Source: a virus (taxonomy: Duplodnaviria; Caudoviricetes). Taken from it: a stretch of 54,680 nt of DNA. The position numbers were made by a program, and so were the translations under genes. Positions 36,133-45,635 of this stretch are shown in pieces (the stretch's first letter is position 1; each line of letters starts with the position of its first letter). Location: the IMG/VR virus record IMGVR_UViG_3300037722_000443, positions 1-54,680 of that record; one strand, written 5' to 3'. The notes under the pieces are model-generated. The model was not told the DNA's origin and did no database searches. It worked only from the letters and a program-made list of their open reading frames with translations.

Positions 36133-36978
36133 ATGGCGCGCAGAAAGTACGCTAAATACATGGCACTGGCCGGGGCGGTCCAGGGTGTTGGGCAGGCTGC
36201 TTTGCAATGGAATGACGAGCGTCGCCGTCAAAGCCTGCTGGAGATAGAAGCCCAGTACCGGCAGCAGGAGCGTGAGGAAGATCGGGCGTATCGGACTGAG
36301 GAACGCGCAGAGGACCGGGACTTCAAGCTGAAACTGGCAGATCGGGATGAGGCGTTTCGCACCGACATGGAAGCCACCAGTCAGGCAAGCCGCTTGAGCG
36401 AACTGGAACGCGCCGACGAACTGAAAAGGAAGCCGAATCTCAACGACCCGAAGCTGGCCAAGGATTATACCGGTGAGTCTATTGAAGCGGCGCGCAAGTC
36501 CGGCAACATCGCGTTGCTGGAACCGCGCAAGGATGCTGGCAGCGATTCGGACGCCATCGTGAAAACCGACTGGTATCTTCAGGCCACGCCAAAGGAGCGC
36601 GCGGTCTATGATCGAGTCAACAAGATATCGGATGATCGCGGCACCCTGAGCGCCGAAGAACGAGCCAAGCAGGTGGCCAGCCTGTACTCCGCGTTCGCCA
36701 AGCTCCCCAAGTACGAGCGGCGTGACCGGCTCAAAAGCATGGGACTGGATGAGGATGCCATGGAGGGCAGGGCGCTGGAAAATGCGGTCATTGACTACTA
36801 CCGCGATGCCGTGGACTTCATCGCACCACCGTCTACCGGAATCTCCCTGCTGGACGACAATCCTGGTCAGCAAGGCGCTAGCCGCGACAACCCGCTGTCC
36901 GTGGGCCCAAACGACCCGCCGCCGCCTTCCGGGACCTGGGTGCGCCTGCCCGATGGTCGCGTTGGACAAGTGCCGTGA
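36133..36978 (+). CDS. internal virion (ejection) protein
   Basis: ALAGAVQGVGQA N-terminus, charged coiled coil, PPSGTWVRLPDGRV tail. Confidence 0.7.
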   Translation: MARRKYAKYMALAGAVQGVGQAALQWNDERRRQSLLEIEAQYRQQEREEDRAYRTEERAEDRDFKLKLADRDEAFRTDMEATSQASRLSELERADELKRKPNLNDPKLAKDYTGESIEAARKSGNIALLEPRKDAGSDSDAIVKTDWYLQATPKERAVYDRVNKISDDRGTLSAEERAKQVASLYSAFAKLPKYERRDRLKSMGLDEDAMEGRALENAVIDYYRDAVDFIAPPSTGISLLDDNPGQQGASRDNPLSVGPNDPPPPSGTWVRLPDGRVGQVP

Positions 36979-39900
36979 GCGAATGGTGGGATTCCCTGAA
37001 ATTTGCCGAACCCCAGAGCGAGCCTGCACCTTCGTGGTGGAACGACCTCCAGTTCGATGAGCAGGATGAAGTTCAGCGTGAGCGGTTCGCCAAGCGTTTT
37101 GGCGAAGACAACCCAGCACTGAGCGGCCCTCGTTCAAGCTACGAAACCACCCGCCCGTTTCAGGGCACTTCCGAATCTCAGAATCCAGAACTCCTGGAAT
37201 CCCCGTACATGCGTCCCTTTGCGTCTGCGCGGGATGCCCTTGGCCGGGAACTCCCTGAGCCCGTTGATCCATCCTCCCCCGAAGAACTGGCGGCCCTGTC
37301 TTATTTTCGGTCCAACACGGATCGTCAGGGGCTTGATGATGAGCCGATAGACACCGGCTGGCTGTCTGGTACTGCCAAAGGCCGCATGGCAACCGCCAGG
37401 GAACTGAGTTCCGGCCTGTGGAAGGGCGCGGCTGATGCTTTGGAGGCGGTCAACAAGGGCTATGCCAAGATGTTTGGCGAGGAAGGTCAAGCCCTTGCCG
37501 ATGCCACCAACTGGCTGGACAAGATGGGCTCGGACGTTCAGATCAGGGCCGCCTATGACCGGATGATCGAGGCGGAATCTACCCCTGAAAACGCGTTACT
37601 TCGTACCGTATCTTCAGGCGTCAGGGCAATTCCCGACATGGCGCTGGTAATCGGCACCACGGCATTGACCCGCAACCCGAACGCAGGCTACGCGGCGATG
37701 GGCGGGCAGGTGTTTTCGCAGGAGTATGGGCGCTCCCGTTACCTGCACCAGAACGACATTGACACCGCGCTGATGGATGCAACCGCAGCTACCGCGTGGG
37801 AATTGGGACCTGAGCGCGCTTTCAGGGTGCTAGAGCCCATTGCCAAGGGTTTGCCGATTGGCAAGATGCTGGGGCAAGTGGCGCTTGCCGAGGGCCTTTC
37901 GGAGGGCACCACCGAAGGGCTGACCATGTTCGATGATTGGGCCAGGAAGGGCGAGGATGCCCCTGGTCTGGTTGAGGGCTTGGCGCGAGCAGCCGAAGCG
38001 GCCGGCACCGGTGTGGTGATGGGCCTTGGCATGGCCGGTGGTGGTAGCGCCATTCAGTCAGTGGACAACAAGATCGCTTTGGGCAAGTTTCAGGGCGATT
38101 TCAACGCCTACCTGCAGCAGAAGGCCCACCATGACGCGAATCGCGCACTGGACCCAAACAGATCGCCCGTGGCCCTGCTGGACGACCCCAGCCCGTCGGG
38201 CGGCATGTCGGAGGCTTTCGATGCCGGGTTCAAGGCGGTGGACGATGCCCTGGGCCAGGAGCGTGCCGAGGTAGGCCAGCTTGGCGCGGAACTCGAGTCC
38301 GTGTTTGGCCAGGAGGCACCTATTTCCCTGCTTTCCGATATTGCGCCCCCGGCTCAGGTAGCAACACCACCGCTGAACAACGTGGAACCGATGGTCGAGC
38401 AGCCTGAGTCTGGGGTGCAATTCCAGCAGCAAGCGGCACCAGAGCAAGCGGCAGCCCCTGAAGTCGAGGTACGCGCCCCGGTTACCGGCCGGGAGCAGCT
38501 TCCAAAGGTGAAAAACGAGCAAGGCGAGTGGGTTGCTGGTGATCCGCGCCTGATGCGGCAGGAATACCGGGATGGGCTGACTCAGTTGACGACCGAACTG
38601 GTCAAGGGTGGCGGCATAGCCCTTGTTCAACAGGGTGGCCCGCGGCGCGCGGATGGCAGTCTCAAGCAGGATTACGAGGACGTTGTTCGCACTCCATCCG
38701 AGAATCCGGCATGGTTCCAAGGACTGTCGGCCAACACCGGAATATCAACCGTTGGCGTGAAGCGTGCGGTACAGGCCGCGCTCGAAGGCCGCAAGTTGGG
38801 CGTTCGCCAAGCGGAAGTGGTGGACACGATGCTGGAAATTGTGCGGGATGCACGTACCGGCGTTGATCCGCGTTTCGGCCCGGAATTCGACTCATGGCGT
38901 GATATGCTAGGGAAGTATCGGACCATGCGTGCCGAGGAAAGAGCACCGGTAGTCGAGGCCGAGTTCGGTAATCTGGATGGCTGGGAGACGGAACTGGCCG
39001 ATGAAGCCACGGAGCGTTACGCGCAAGCCTATGAGGAATATGCCAATGACTTTACCCCCGAAACTGGAAAAGCAGATAGTGGAGAAGGCGCAGAGGGACT
39101 TCCGCGAGGGCAAGTTCCTGAATATGCGGCTCAAGCAGGAGCCAGCGAAGCCGAAGCAGGACCAGAAGCCGCCAGCCAGCAAGTAGCGCCCGCTACTGGG
39201 AAGAAAGATTACACCAATGAGTTACGCGAGGACTTGGGAGTATCGCAAGACCTGATAGATTCCTATGTGCCTGAAAACGCTGTAGAGAAGCTTGGCAGAG
39301 ATTGGTACTACACCACCATCGACGGCGCTGACGTTCCGCACGAGTTCAAAACCAAGAAGGCGGCTATTGCTGCGGCAGAGAAGCATAAGGCGCTGAAACA
39401 GGATCAGTTCGAGAATCCGGCCTCGTATCGCAATATTTATTCTGTACGCGCACGCAAGCGCCTTGCCTTGATTCGGAAATACATGGATCAGGGGATGACT
39501 GAAATGGAAGCAGGCGCCAAAGCTCGCGCTGAGATTCCAGAGGTCGGAAAGAGTCAAGCCCCTGTAGCGCCCGTACAGCCCGCCGAGGGCCAACAGGCTA
39601 CCCCCATACAGGAAAAGGCAGAAACGCCAGCAGCGTCTACAGCGGCTACCACGGCGCCAGAGATTCAGGCCGAGTCTGCCCCCGAACAAGCCCAGCCGCA
39701 GGAAACAGCGCCAGAGGGCAAGACTGAGGACTTTGGCGAGAAGATAGGCGGCGCGCCCAAGGATACCGCCGAGCCTGCTGCCCAACGCAGCACAGCGGCA
39801 GGCGATGAACGCACCGGCCCCGCCCTTTCTGTTGAGCGCATTCAGGCCATCGTGGACGAGCACAAGGCCCCCAGGGCGTCCAAATTCAAGGTAGTGGAGT

Positions 39901-42900
39901 CACGGGCCGAGGTTCCAGAATCAGGCAATCTGGAACCACTGAGCACGGTATTCCAAGGCGAACTGGAAGCCTACCGCAAGCGCCGTGAATGGATGCTCCG
40001 CAATCAGCCGGAGAGCGAACGCAAGGAGCGCAAGGGCGATCAACGCGGTGAGGTCATTACCGACGTGCCGTTTGGCAAACAGAAAGGTGATACAATTGAG
40101 GGCGATGAAGTACGGTATGACAGAATCGAAGGGACTTCTCCTGGACGGGGAGATGACACCCTACAGGGTGAGCTTTTTCTCTCGAATGAAACACCATCTC
40201 CTGCTCCCGATAAGCCGTATGTCAAGGTGGTTCAAACGGGGACCGTACACACCGGACTAACGTCCGCAACGACCCCGAGCGAAATCGCCCACATCGCGGC
40301 CCCGCTCAGAAAAGAAGCGCAAGAGTCCCTCATCGCCGTGGTTACGGGCGATGCCGGCAAAGTCCTTGCCGTTGCCCGGCACACCATTGGCGCTATTGAT
40401 TCAGCATTCGTGTACCCGGGTGTGGTCGGTGGGGTCATTACGTCTATCCCTGGGGCCAGGCATGTGTGGTTTGTGCACAACCACCCAAGCGGCAAGACAA
40501 AGCAGTCCGCGGCCGACATTCAAATAACGAACAAGATGCACGATCTGCTCCGGGGTTCTGGTGTTGAGCCGATGGGTATGCTGGTAGTCACCACTGGGGG
40601 AAAAGCATCGTACTTCCGTCCAGAAGACCCCGGCGGTGGGGCGTCCACAGACATTGACATTCAGCCGGCCGCCAGGCGGCAACAGGTTCCGCTTGTTGAG
40701 CGCAGGATGCGTGGCAGGGATCCTACCGACAGATCCAGTGCGATACAGGGTTCTGGAGATGCCCGCGCGGTCATGCGCGAAATGGCCGGCGAAAGGCCTG
40801 GGGTGCTTTTACTCAACGCCGGGCACAACCCGCTCAAGTTCATCGAAATGAGCGAACAGGAAATGGCCTCGCTTCGGACAGGGGACCCGTCTTCCGGGGT
40901 GGGGCGATTGTTGAAAGAGGCTGGCGGGGTAAACGCCAGTAATGCAGTTATCAACTTTCCGCATGGTGAGTCTTTTGATCGCGGAAACCTTTCCCCGGCA
41001 CATAACCTTGCCAAGGCGCTGAACGCATCACAAATCAGGGTGCTCGACATTCTGCTTAAAGGCTACGAAAGCCATCAGGTAAGCAACGGGATGATCCCTT
41101 CGGGGGAAGACTTCAAGTCAACACGGGAACCTGGCCTTGGGGCTGGCGTCGAGGGCCTGTACGACCCGGATGGCGACACCATTTACCTGTTTGCCGACCA
41201 GTTCCGGGACGAGAACCGGGTACGGTGGGTTTCGTGGCATGAGTTGTGGCACAGGGGCGCGCGCGTTGCCTATGGTGATGCCCTGGACAGCGCACTTGGC
41301 GAAGCACGCTCAAATCCGGTTGTGCGCCGCCTGGCGAACGCTATCTATCGTGACCGGGACATGGCCGCCGATGTGGCCGATGGTCGTTTCACCGAGGACC
41401 GGGCCCGGCTGATAGCCGCCGAGGAAGCGCTGGCCGAACTGGACGCGGCCCGCTTGACCGGCGACTTCGAGCATATCCGGGAGCGGTACAAGGTGCGCGT
41501 GCCGGGCGGGCTGAAGTCCGGTTGGCGCAAAGTGGTCGCTGACTTCTTCGATGCCTTGCGGCGCGTGCTTGGCCGGGTGCTGGGGCGCGATGCTTCCGGC
41601 ATGACCGATCAGCAGGTGCGCGAGGTCATTCAGCGGGGCTCGGAGGCTTCTGGCGGGGCGATGGGAGAGGTTCAGGGCGCGGCAATGGCCAGTGAGGCCC
41701 AAGGCGGCCTGTTGGACGAGCCGACCAGTCAGGAGCAACTGAAAGACCGCCAGCGCCGCATTGATGAGCGTCTAACCGGCAAGGACCGTGAACTGGTGGA
41801 CGTTGACGAAGGCCCGGGTGGCCTGTTTGGCGAAGATCCAACTACGAAGGGCCAGCAGCCGCTATTGAGCAAAGCCCCCGGCCTGGACTTTAACCCCGAC
41901 TTCAGTAATTGGACTCTGCCCACCATGCGCCTGGCCGAGGCGATGAAGGATGAGAGCCTGACTCTGATGGACAAGGCTTTGGATGGCACGGCGAATCTGC
42001 GCCTGGACGCGCGCCAGTGGCTTCAGGACAAGATGATTCCGGTGCGCCGAATCCAGGAGGCGGTCGAGAAGTCGGGCGCCACGATCAGCGAATTCGCCAA
42101 CGTGTACGAGAAAGAGCAACTGATGTCCGGCCGCGTTGAAGATCGTTTCAAACAGATGCAGGACCAGGACCTGCACCCGCTTACCGTGCTGATGAACAAG
42201 CATGGCGTGAACCGCGAGCAGTTGGGCGAGTATCTGTATGCCCGACACGCCGAGGCGCGTAACGAGCGAATTGCCAGCATCAACGAGAAACTCCCGGATG
42301 GCGGTTCGGGGATGACCAATGCCGAGGCGCAAAAGGTACTGAAGCAGTTTGAGGCCGATGGCCTGACCAAGCCGCTGCAGGAAATGGCGGCCATCGTTGA
42401 CCGGATCACCACCAAAACCCGCGAGAACTTCCGGGAATATGGCTTGCTTGACCCGATGGTTCTGGATTCATGGGAGCAGGACACCGCGTTCAACAACACC
42501 TACGTGCCGCTCAGGGGCTTTGCCGATGCGCTGCAGGAGGAATTCGGGCGTCCGGGCAAGGGCTTCGACATTCGCGGCGATGAAACCAAGCGAGCACTGG
42601 GCCGGAGAAGCAAGGCCGGGGACATAATCGGACACGTCCTTTCAGCCTACAAACTGAGCGTGATTCGTGGGGAGAAGAACCGTGTTGGTCAATCGCTGCT
42701 GCGCCTGGCCCTGGACAACCCGAACCCGAACCTGTGGGAGATCAATCCGGTCGGGATGAAGACCGTGCTGGACCCGAAAACGGGCATGACCACCGAGGTT
42801 CTGGACCTGAATCTCAGTGACCCGAACATGTTTTTCACCAAGGTGGACGGCAAAGCCTGGCGCATTGAACTGAAGGACAAGCGCCTGAGCGTGGCCATGA

Positions 42901-44699
42901 AGAACCTTGGTGCCGACAACATGAAACCGTTAGTGCAGGCGCTGTCACTGACCACCCGCTATCTGTCACTGACCCGCACCATGCTGTCCCCTGAATTCGT
43001 GATTACCAACTTCATGCGCGATGCGCAAACGGCCGCGATCAACCTGTCCGGTGAGCAGGGTTCGGCCATTGCCAGGGCGGCGCTCAACCGCAAGTCCATC
43101 ACGCACTCGATGCGCGCCATGTTCAACGAACAACGGAGTGGCAAGAAGGGTGATCCGGAGTGGCGCCGGTATGCCCGCGAGTACACCGAAGACGGCGGCC
43201 GGGTTGCTTTCTTCCGGGCCGAGAGCGTAGAGGAACTGGCGCGCAAGCTGGACCGTTTGCAGTGGGCCGCCGGGCCGAGCAAGGCCGCGGCTGGCTTTCG
43301 GGGGCTGAAGGCTGGGTATGAGTTCATCGAGGACATGAACCTGGCCGTGGAGAACGCGGTACGCCTGGCTGCCTACAAGGCGGCGCGGGAACACGGGGTG
43401 AGTCGGCAGAAGGCGGCGGTGCTGGCCAAGAACCTGACCGTGAACTTCAACCGCAAGGGCACGGCCGGCCCCGGAATCAATGCGTTTTACATGTTCGCCA
43501 ATGCCTCAATTCAGGGCGTTCAGCGTACCCTTCAGGCAGCCAAAAACCCGAGGGTGCAGAAGATACTGCTGTCTTCGGCCCTGTTCGGCACGCTGATGAC
43601 GATACTCAATGAACTCGCTGGTGGTGAAGACGACGACGGGGAGAGCTTCTATTCCAAGATTCCGGATTCCGATAAGGGCCGCAAGCTGATTTTCATGATT
43701 CCGCAGGCGGTGGTCGAGCAGGTAGGCGATCTGCCCGGAATGAGTTTCGTGGACAGCGAGCGCAAGCGCGGCGCCTATCTGACCATCCACCTGCCTTACG
43801 GCTACTCGGTGCCCTACGTGATGGGCGAGATCATGGGTTCAACGATGTTCGGTGTCGAACCGAGCGAGGCAGCCACGCGCATGATCTCGGCGATCAACAA
43901 CAGCTTCAACCCGCTTGGTGGATCTGATCTGTTCAGCACCTTTTCTCCGACCCTGGTGGACCCGTTCGCGGAAGTGGCGCGGAACAAGAACTGGTATGGC
44001 GGCCAGGTTCATCCGCAAGAAAATCCGTTCGACAACACGCCGGCGCCCAAGAGCGGGCAGGGCTGGAGTTCAACGGCCGGGCCATACAAGTGGGTGGCTG
44101 GGAAAATGAACGAGTGGAGCGGCGGCACGGACGTTCAGCCTGGCTGGTTCGACTACCACCCGGAAACCTACCGGCACTTCCTTGAGTTCGCCGTGGGTGG
44201 AACTGGGTCGTTCTTCGAGCGCGTGGGCGATAACGTTCATGCGGCAATCAGCCCGGAGCGCGAAGTGGATGTAAACCGCATTCCGTTCATGCGCCAGTTC
44301 TTCGGCACCACCCGCGATTTTGCCGATCGGGATCGGTACTACCGCAACATCCAGGGCCTTGAGTATCTGGCCAAAGAGGACGAGGATCGGTACAACAAGG
44401 TCACTGATGGCGAAATGCGCAAGGATCGGTACGAGGAATGGTTCAATGACCGCGAGGAAGTATTCGATTCGGGGCTGATCGGAGAGGCCAAGGGCACTGA
44501 AAAAGTTTTGCGCAAGGTACGCAAGGAACTGAAGGACGCAAAGCAGCATGGAGCGCCCGCCAATGAGGTCAAGGAACTGGAAGACGAAATCCTGAGGATT
44601 CAGCGCGAGTTCAACACCGAATACAACAAGGTGATGCTGGACCGTGGCTGGCTGCGCTCAGTAATCGAAAAACGGGGCAAAGACAAAGACCAGGAATAG
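36975..44699 (+). CDS. large polyvalent internal virion protein (JAB/RadC, zincin metallopeptidase, LPD38-like C-terminus)
   Basis: HNHPSG....S..D JAB motif; EGLYD...IYLFAD...HELWH; NLTVNFNRKG, LPYGY, FNPLG, NKNWYG C-terminal motifs. Confidence 0.85.
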   Translation: MSEWWDSLKFAEPQSEPAPSWWNDLQFDEQDEVQRERFAKRFGEDNPALSGPRSSYETTRPFQGTSESQNPELLESPYMRPFASARDALGRELPEPVDPSSPEELAALSYFRSNTDRQGLDDEPIDTGWLSGTAKGRMATARELSSGLWKGAADALEAVNKGYAKMFGEEGQALADATNWLDKMGSDVQIRAAYDRMIEAESTPENALLRTVSSGVRAIPDMALVIGTTALTRNPNAGYAAMGGQVFSQEYGRSRYLHQNDIDTALMDATAATAWELGPERAFRVLEPIAKGLPIGKMLGQVALAEGLSEGTTEGLTMFDDWARKGEDAPGLVEGLARAAEAAGTGVVMGLGMAGGGSAIQSVDNKIALGKFQGDFNAYLQQKAHHDANRALDPNRSPVALLDDPSPSGGMSEAFDAGFKAVDDALGQERAEVGQLGAELESVFGQEAPISLLSDIAPPAQVATPPLNNVEPMVEQPESGVQFQQQAAPEQAAAPEVEVRAPVTGREQLPKVKNEQGEWVAGDPRLMRQEYRDGLTQLTTELVKGGGIALVQQGGPRRADGSLKQDYEDVVRTPSENPAWFQGLSANTGISTVGVKRAVQAALEGRKLGVRQAEVVDTMLEIVRDARTGVDPRFGPEFDSWRDMLGKYRTMRAEERAPVVEAEFGNLDGWETELADEATERYAQAYEEYANDFTPETGKADSGEGAEGLPRGQVPEYAAQAGASEAEAGPEAASQQVAPATGKKDYTNELREDLGVSQDLIDSYVPENAVEKLGRDWYYTTIDGADVPHEFKTKKAAIAAAEKHKALKQDQFENPASYRNIYSVRARKRLALIRKYMDQGMTEMEAGAKARAEIPEVGKSQAPVAPVQPAEGQQATPIQEKAETPAASTAATTAPEIQAESAPEQAQPQETAPEGKTEDFGEKIGGAPKDTAEPAAQRSTAAGDERTGPALSVERIQAIVDEHKAPRASKFKVVESRAEVPESGNLEPLSTVFQGELEAYRKRREWMLRNQPESERKERKGDQRGEVITDVPFGKQKGDTIEGDEVRYDRIEGTSPGRGDDTLQGELFLSNETPSPAPDKPYVKVVQTGTVHTGLTSATTPSEIAHIAAPLRKEAQESLIAVVTGDAGKVLAVARHTIGAIDSAFVYPGVVGGVITSIPGARHVWFVHNHPSGKTKQSAADIQITNKMHDLLRGSGVEPMGMLVVTTGGKASYFRPEDPGGGASTDIDIQPAARRQQVPLVERRMRGRDPTDRSSAIQGSGDARAVMREMAGERPGVLLLNAGHNPLKFIEMSEQEMASLRTGDPSSGVGRLLKEAGGVNASNAVINFPHGESFDRGNLSPAHNLAKALNASQIRVLDILLKGYESHQVSNGMIPSGEDFKSTREPGLGAGVEGLYDPDGDTIYLFADQFRDENRVRWVSWHELWHRGARVAYGDALDSALGEARSNPVVRRLANAIYRDRDMAADVADGRFTEDRARLIAAEEALAELDAARLTGDFEHIRERYKVRVPGGLKSGWRKVVADFFDALRRVLGRVLGRDASGMTDQQVREVIQRGSEASGGAMGEVQGAAMASEAQGGLLDEPTSQEQLKDRQRRIDERLTGKDRELVDVDEGPGGLFGEDPTTKGQQPLLSKAPGLDFNPDFSNWTLPTMRLAEAMKDESLTLMDKALDGTANLRLDARQWLQDKMIPVRRIQEAVEKSGATISEFANVYEKEQLMSGRVEDRFKQMQDQDLHPLTVLMNKHGVNREQLGEYLYARHAEARNERIASINEKLPDGGSGMTNAEAQKVLKQFEADGLTKPLQEMAAIVDRITTKTRENFREYGLLDPMVLDSWEQDTAFNNTYVPLRGFADALQEEFGRPGKGFDIRGDETKRALGRRSKAGDIIGHVLSAYKLSVIRGEKNRVGQSLLRLALDNPNPNLWEINPVGMKTVLDPKTGMTTEVLDLNLSDPNMFFTKVDGKAWRIELKDKRLSVAMKNLGADNMKPLVQALSLTTRYLSLTRTMLSPEFVITNFMRDAQTAAINLSGEQGSAIARAALNRKSITHSMRAMFNEQRSGKKGDPEWRRYAREYTEDGGRVAFFRAESVEELARKLDRLQWAAGPSKAAAGFRGLKAGYEFIEDMNLAVENAVRLAAYKAAREHGVSRQKAAVLAKNLTVNFNRKGTAGPGINAFYMFANASIQGVQRTLQAAKNPRVQKILLSSALFGTLMTILNELAGGEDDDGESFYSKIPDSDKGRKLIFMIPQAVVEQVGDLPGMSFVDSERKRGAYLTIHLPYGYSVPYVMGEIMGSTMFGVEPSEAATRMISAINNSFNPLGGSDLFSTFSPTLVDPFAEVARNKNWYGGQVHPQENPFDNTPAPKSGQGWSSTAGPYKWVAGKMNEWSGGTDVQPGWFDYHPETYRHFLEFAVGGTGSFFERVGDNVHAAISPEREVDVNRIPFMRQFFGTTRDFADRDRYYRNIQGLEYLAKEDEDRYNKVTDGEMRKDRYEEWFNDREEVFDSGLIGEAKGTEKVLRKVRKELKDAKQHGAPANEVKELEDEILRIQREFNTEYNKVMLDRGWLRSVIEKRGKDKDQE

Positions 44700-44849
44700 C
44701 AGGAACATCACGCCGGTGGCCACATTGGCCAGCGCCTTGGTAAACCATTTCCCGTTCTCGGGGTAGAAGATGTTCCAGAAAGCGAAGGCTAGAATCCCGC
44801 CGAATGCGATGCACACGGCGGCGGTGATGGTCAGCAGGATGATACTCAA
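44658..44849 (-). CDS. possible small two-TM membrane protein
   Basis: Fills the gap after the large gene; two hydrophobic helices; start uncertain. Confidence 0.4.
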   Translation of the reverse strand: MSIILLTITAAVCIAFGGILAFAFWNIFYPENGKWFTKALANVATGVMFLLFLVFVFAPFFDY

Positions 44850-44875
44850 CACAGCAACATGATGGAGTAAAGACG

Positions 44876-45379
44876 ATGGACATGCAACGAATTCAGGCAT
44901 TGCAGCAGCAGCTTGGAAGAGGCGGCTACGGCTCGCCCTCAAGCGTTCCCGAGATTCAGAACGCGCGGCAAATGGGCTCCAATATGAGCGCCTATAACCG
45001 GATGCCGGCCATTCAGGCGCTCCGGCAGAAGCTGTTCGGACAGGGTAACAAAGGCGGTATGACCCGGCCCGGCCCGGTCACCGGTGGCGGATTTGGCGGG
45101 CAGGCTGTACAGCAACCAGGACAGATGGGCAACAAGGGTGGGATGACGCGCCCTGGACCGGTTGTCGGTGGGCCTATTCCCGGTGCCCAGGTTGCCGGTC
45201 AACCGATTATGGCGCCGCTGCCCCAAAGGCCCGGGGAGATTGTGCAGGCTCCTGGTCAGCAAACCGCGCAGCTGTCGCCCGGTGTGCAGGCGCTCCGGCA
45301 GGGGCTGCAGTCTGGGTTCCAGCGGCCACTGGAGAATCTGTCCCCGATGCCCATGGTGCCCAGTTACATGCGTAGGTAG
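44876..45379 (+). CDS. low-complexity Q/G/P/M-rich protein
   Basis: GGAG RBS; duplicated GNKGGMTRPGPV.GG. Confidence 0.65.
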   Translation: MDMQRIQALQQQLGRGGYGSPSSVPEIQNARQMGSNMSAYNRMPAIQALRQKLFGQGNKGGMTRPGPVTGGGFGGQAVQQPGQMGNKGGMTRPGPVVGGPIPGAQVAGQPIMAPLPQRPGEIVQAPGQQTAQLSPGVQALRQGLQSGFQRPLENLSPMPMVPSYMRR

Positions 45380-45402
45380 GCTGATTGGTTCAAGCGCAAG
45401 AC

Positions 45403-45635
45403 GTGTTCCAAAAATGTTCCATTCGGTTCACCCTGATACGCCCATGTTTGACCTAACCTGTTGATTTTCGCCCCGCTGAAAACCGCATCAAATCAGGCTC
45501 AAAGCCAATAGCTGCGCGGGTTTGAATAATGGTCGGGGCGAGAGGATTCGAACCTGTGGGCGGTATTGGCCTAGCGTATTGAAAACACGATGGTTGTTTG
45601 ACCAGGATTTTCGGCGTGTTCCATTTTCGTGCCAC
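45403..45635. mobile_element. attP: core identical in form to a tRNA-Pro 3' end, with IHF and arm-type sites
   Basis: Minus strand 45555-45530 AGGTTCGAATCCTCTCGCCCCGACCA; IHF consensus AATCAACAGGTTA (minus, ~45455-45467); TGTTCCA repeats at ~45404, ~45415, ~45617; adjacent to int. Confidence 0.85.

Noticed and set aside
18126-44549. Many long minus-strand ORFs in the structural region (e.g. 22221..23312, 28783..29754, 36001..37392)
   Set aside because: Shadow frames of GC-rich genes with no recognisable motifs, unlike the HNH at 5717..6262
45530-45555. tRNA-Pro gene
   Set aside because: Only the T arm, acceptor 3' strand and CCA are present; this is the attP core
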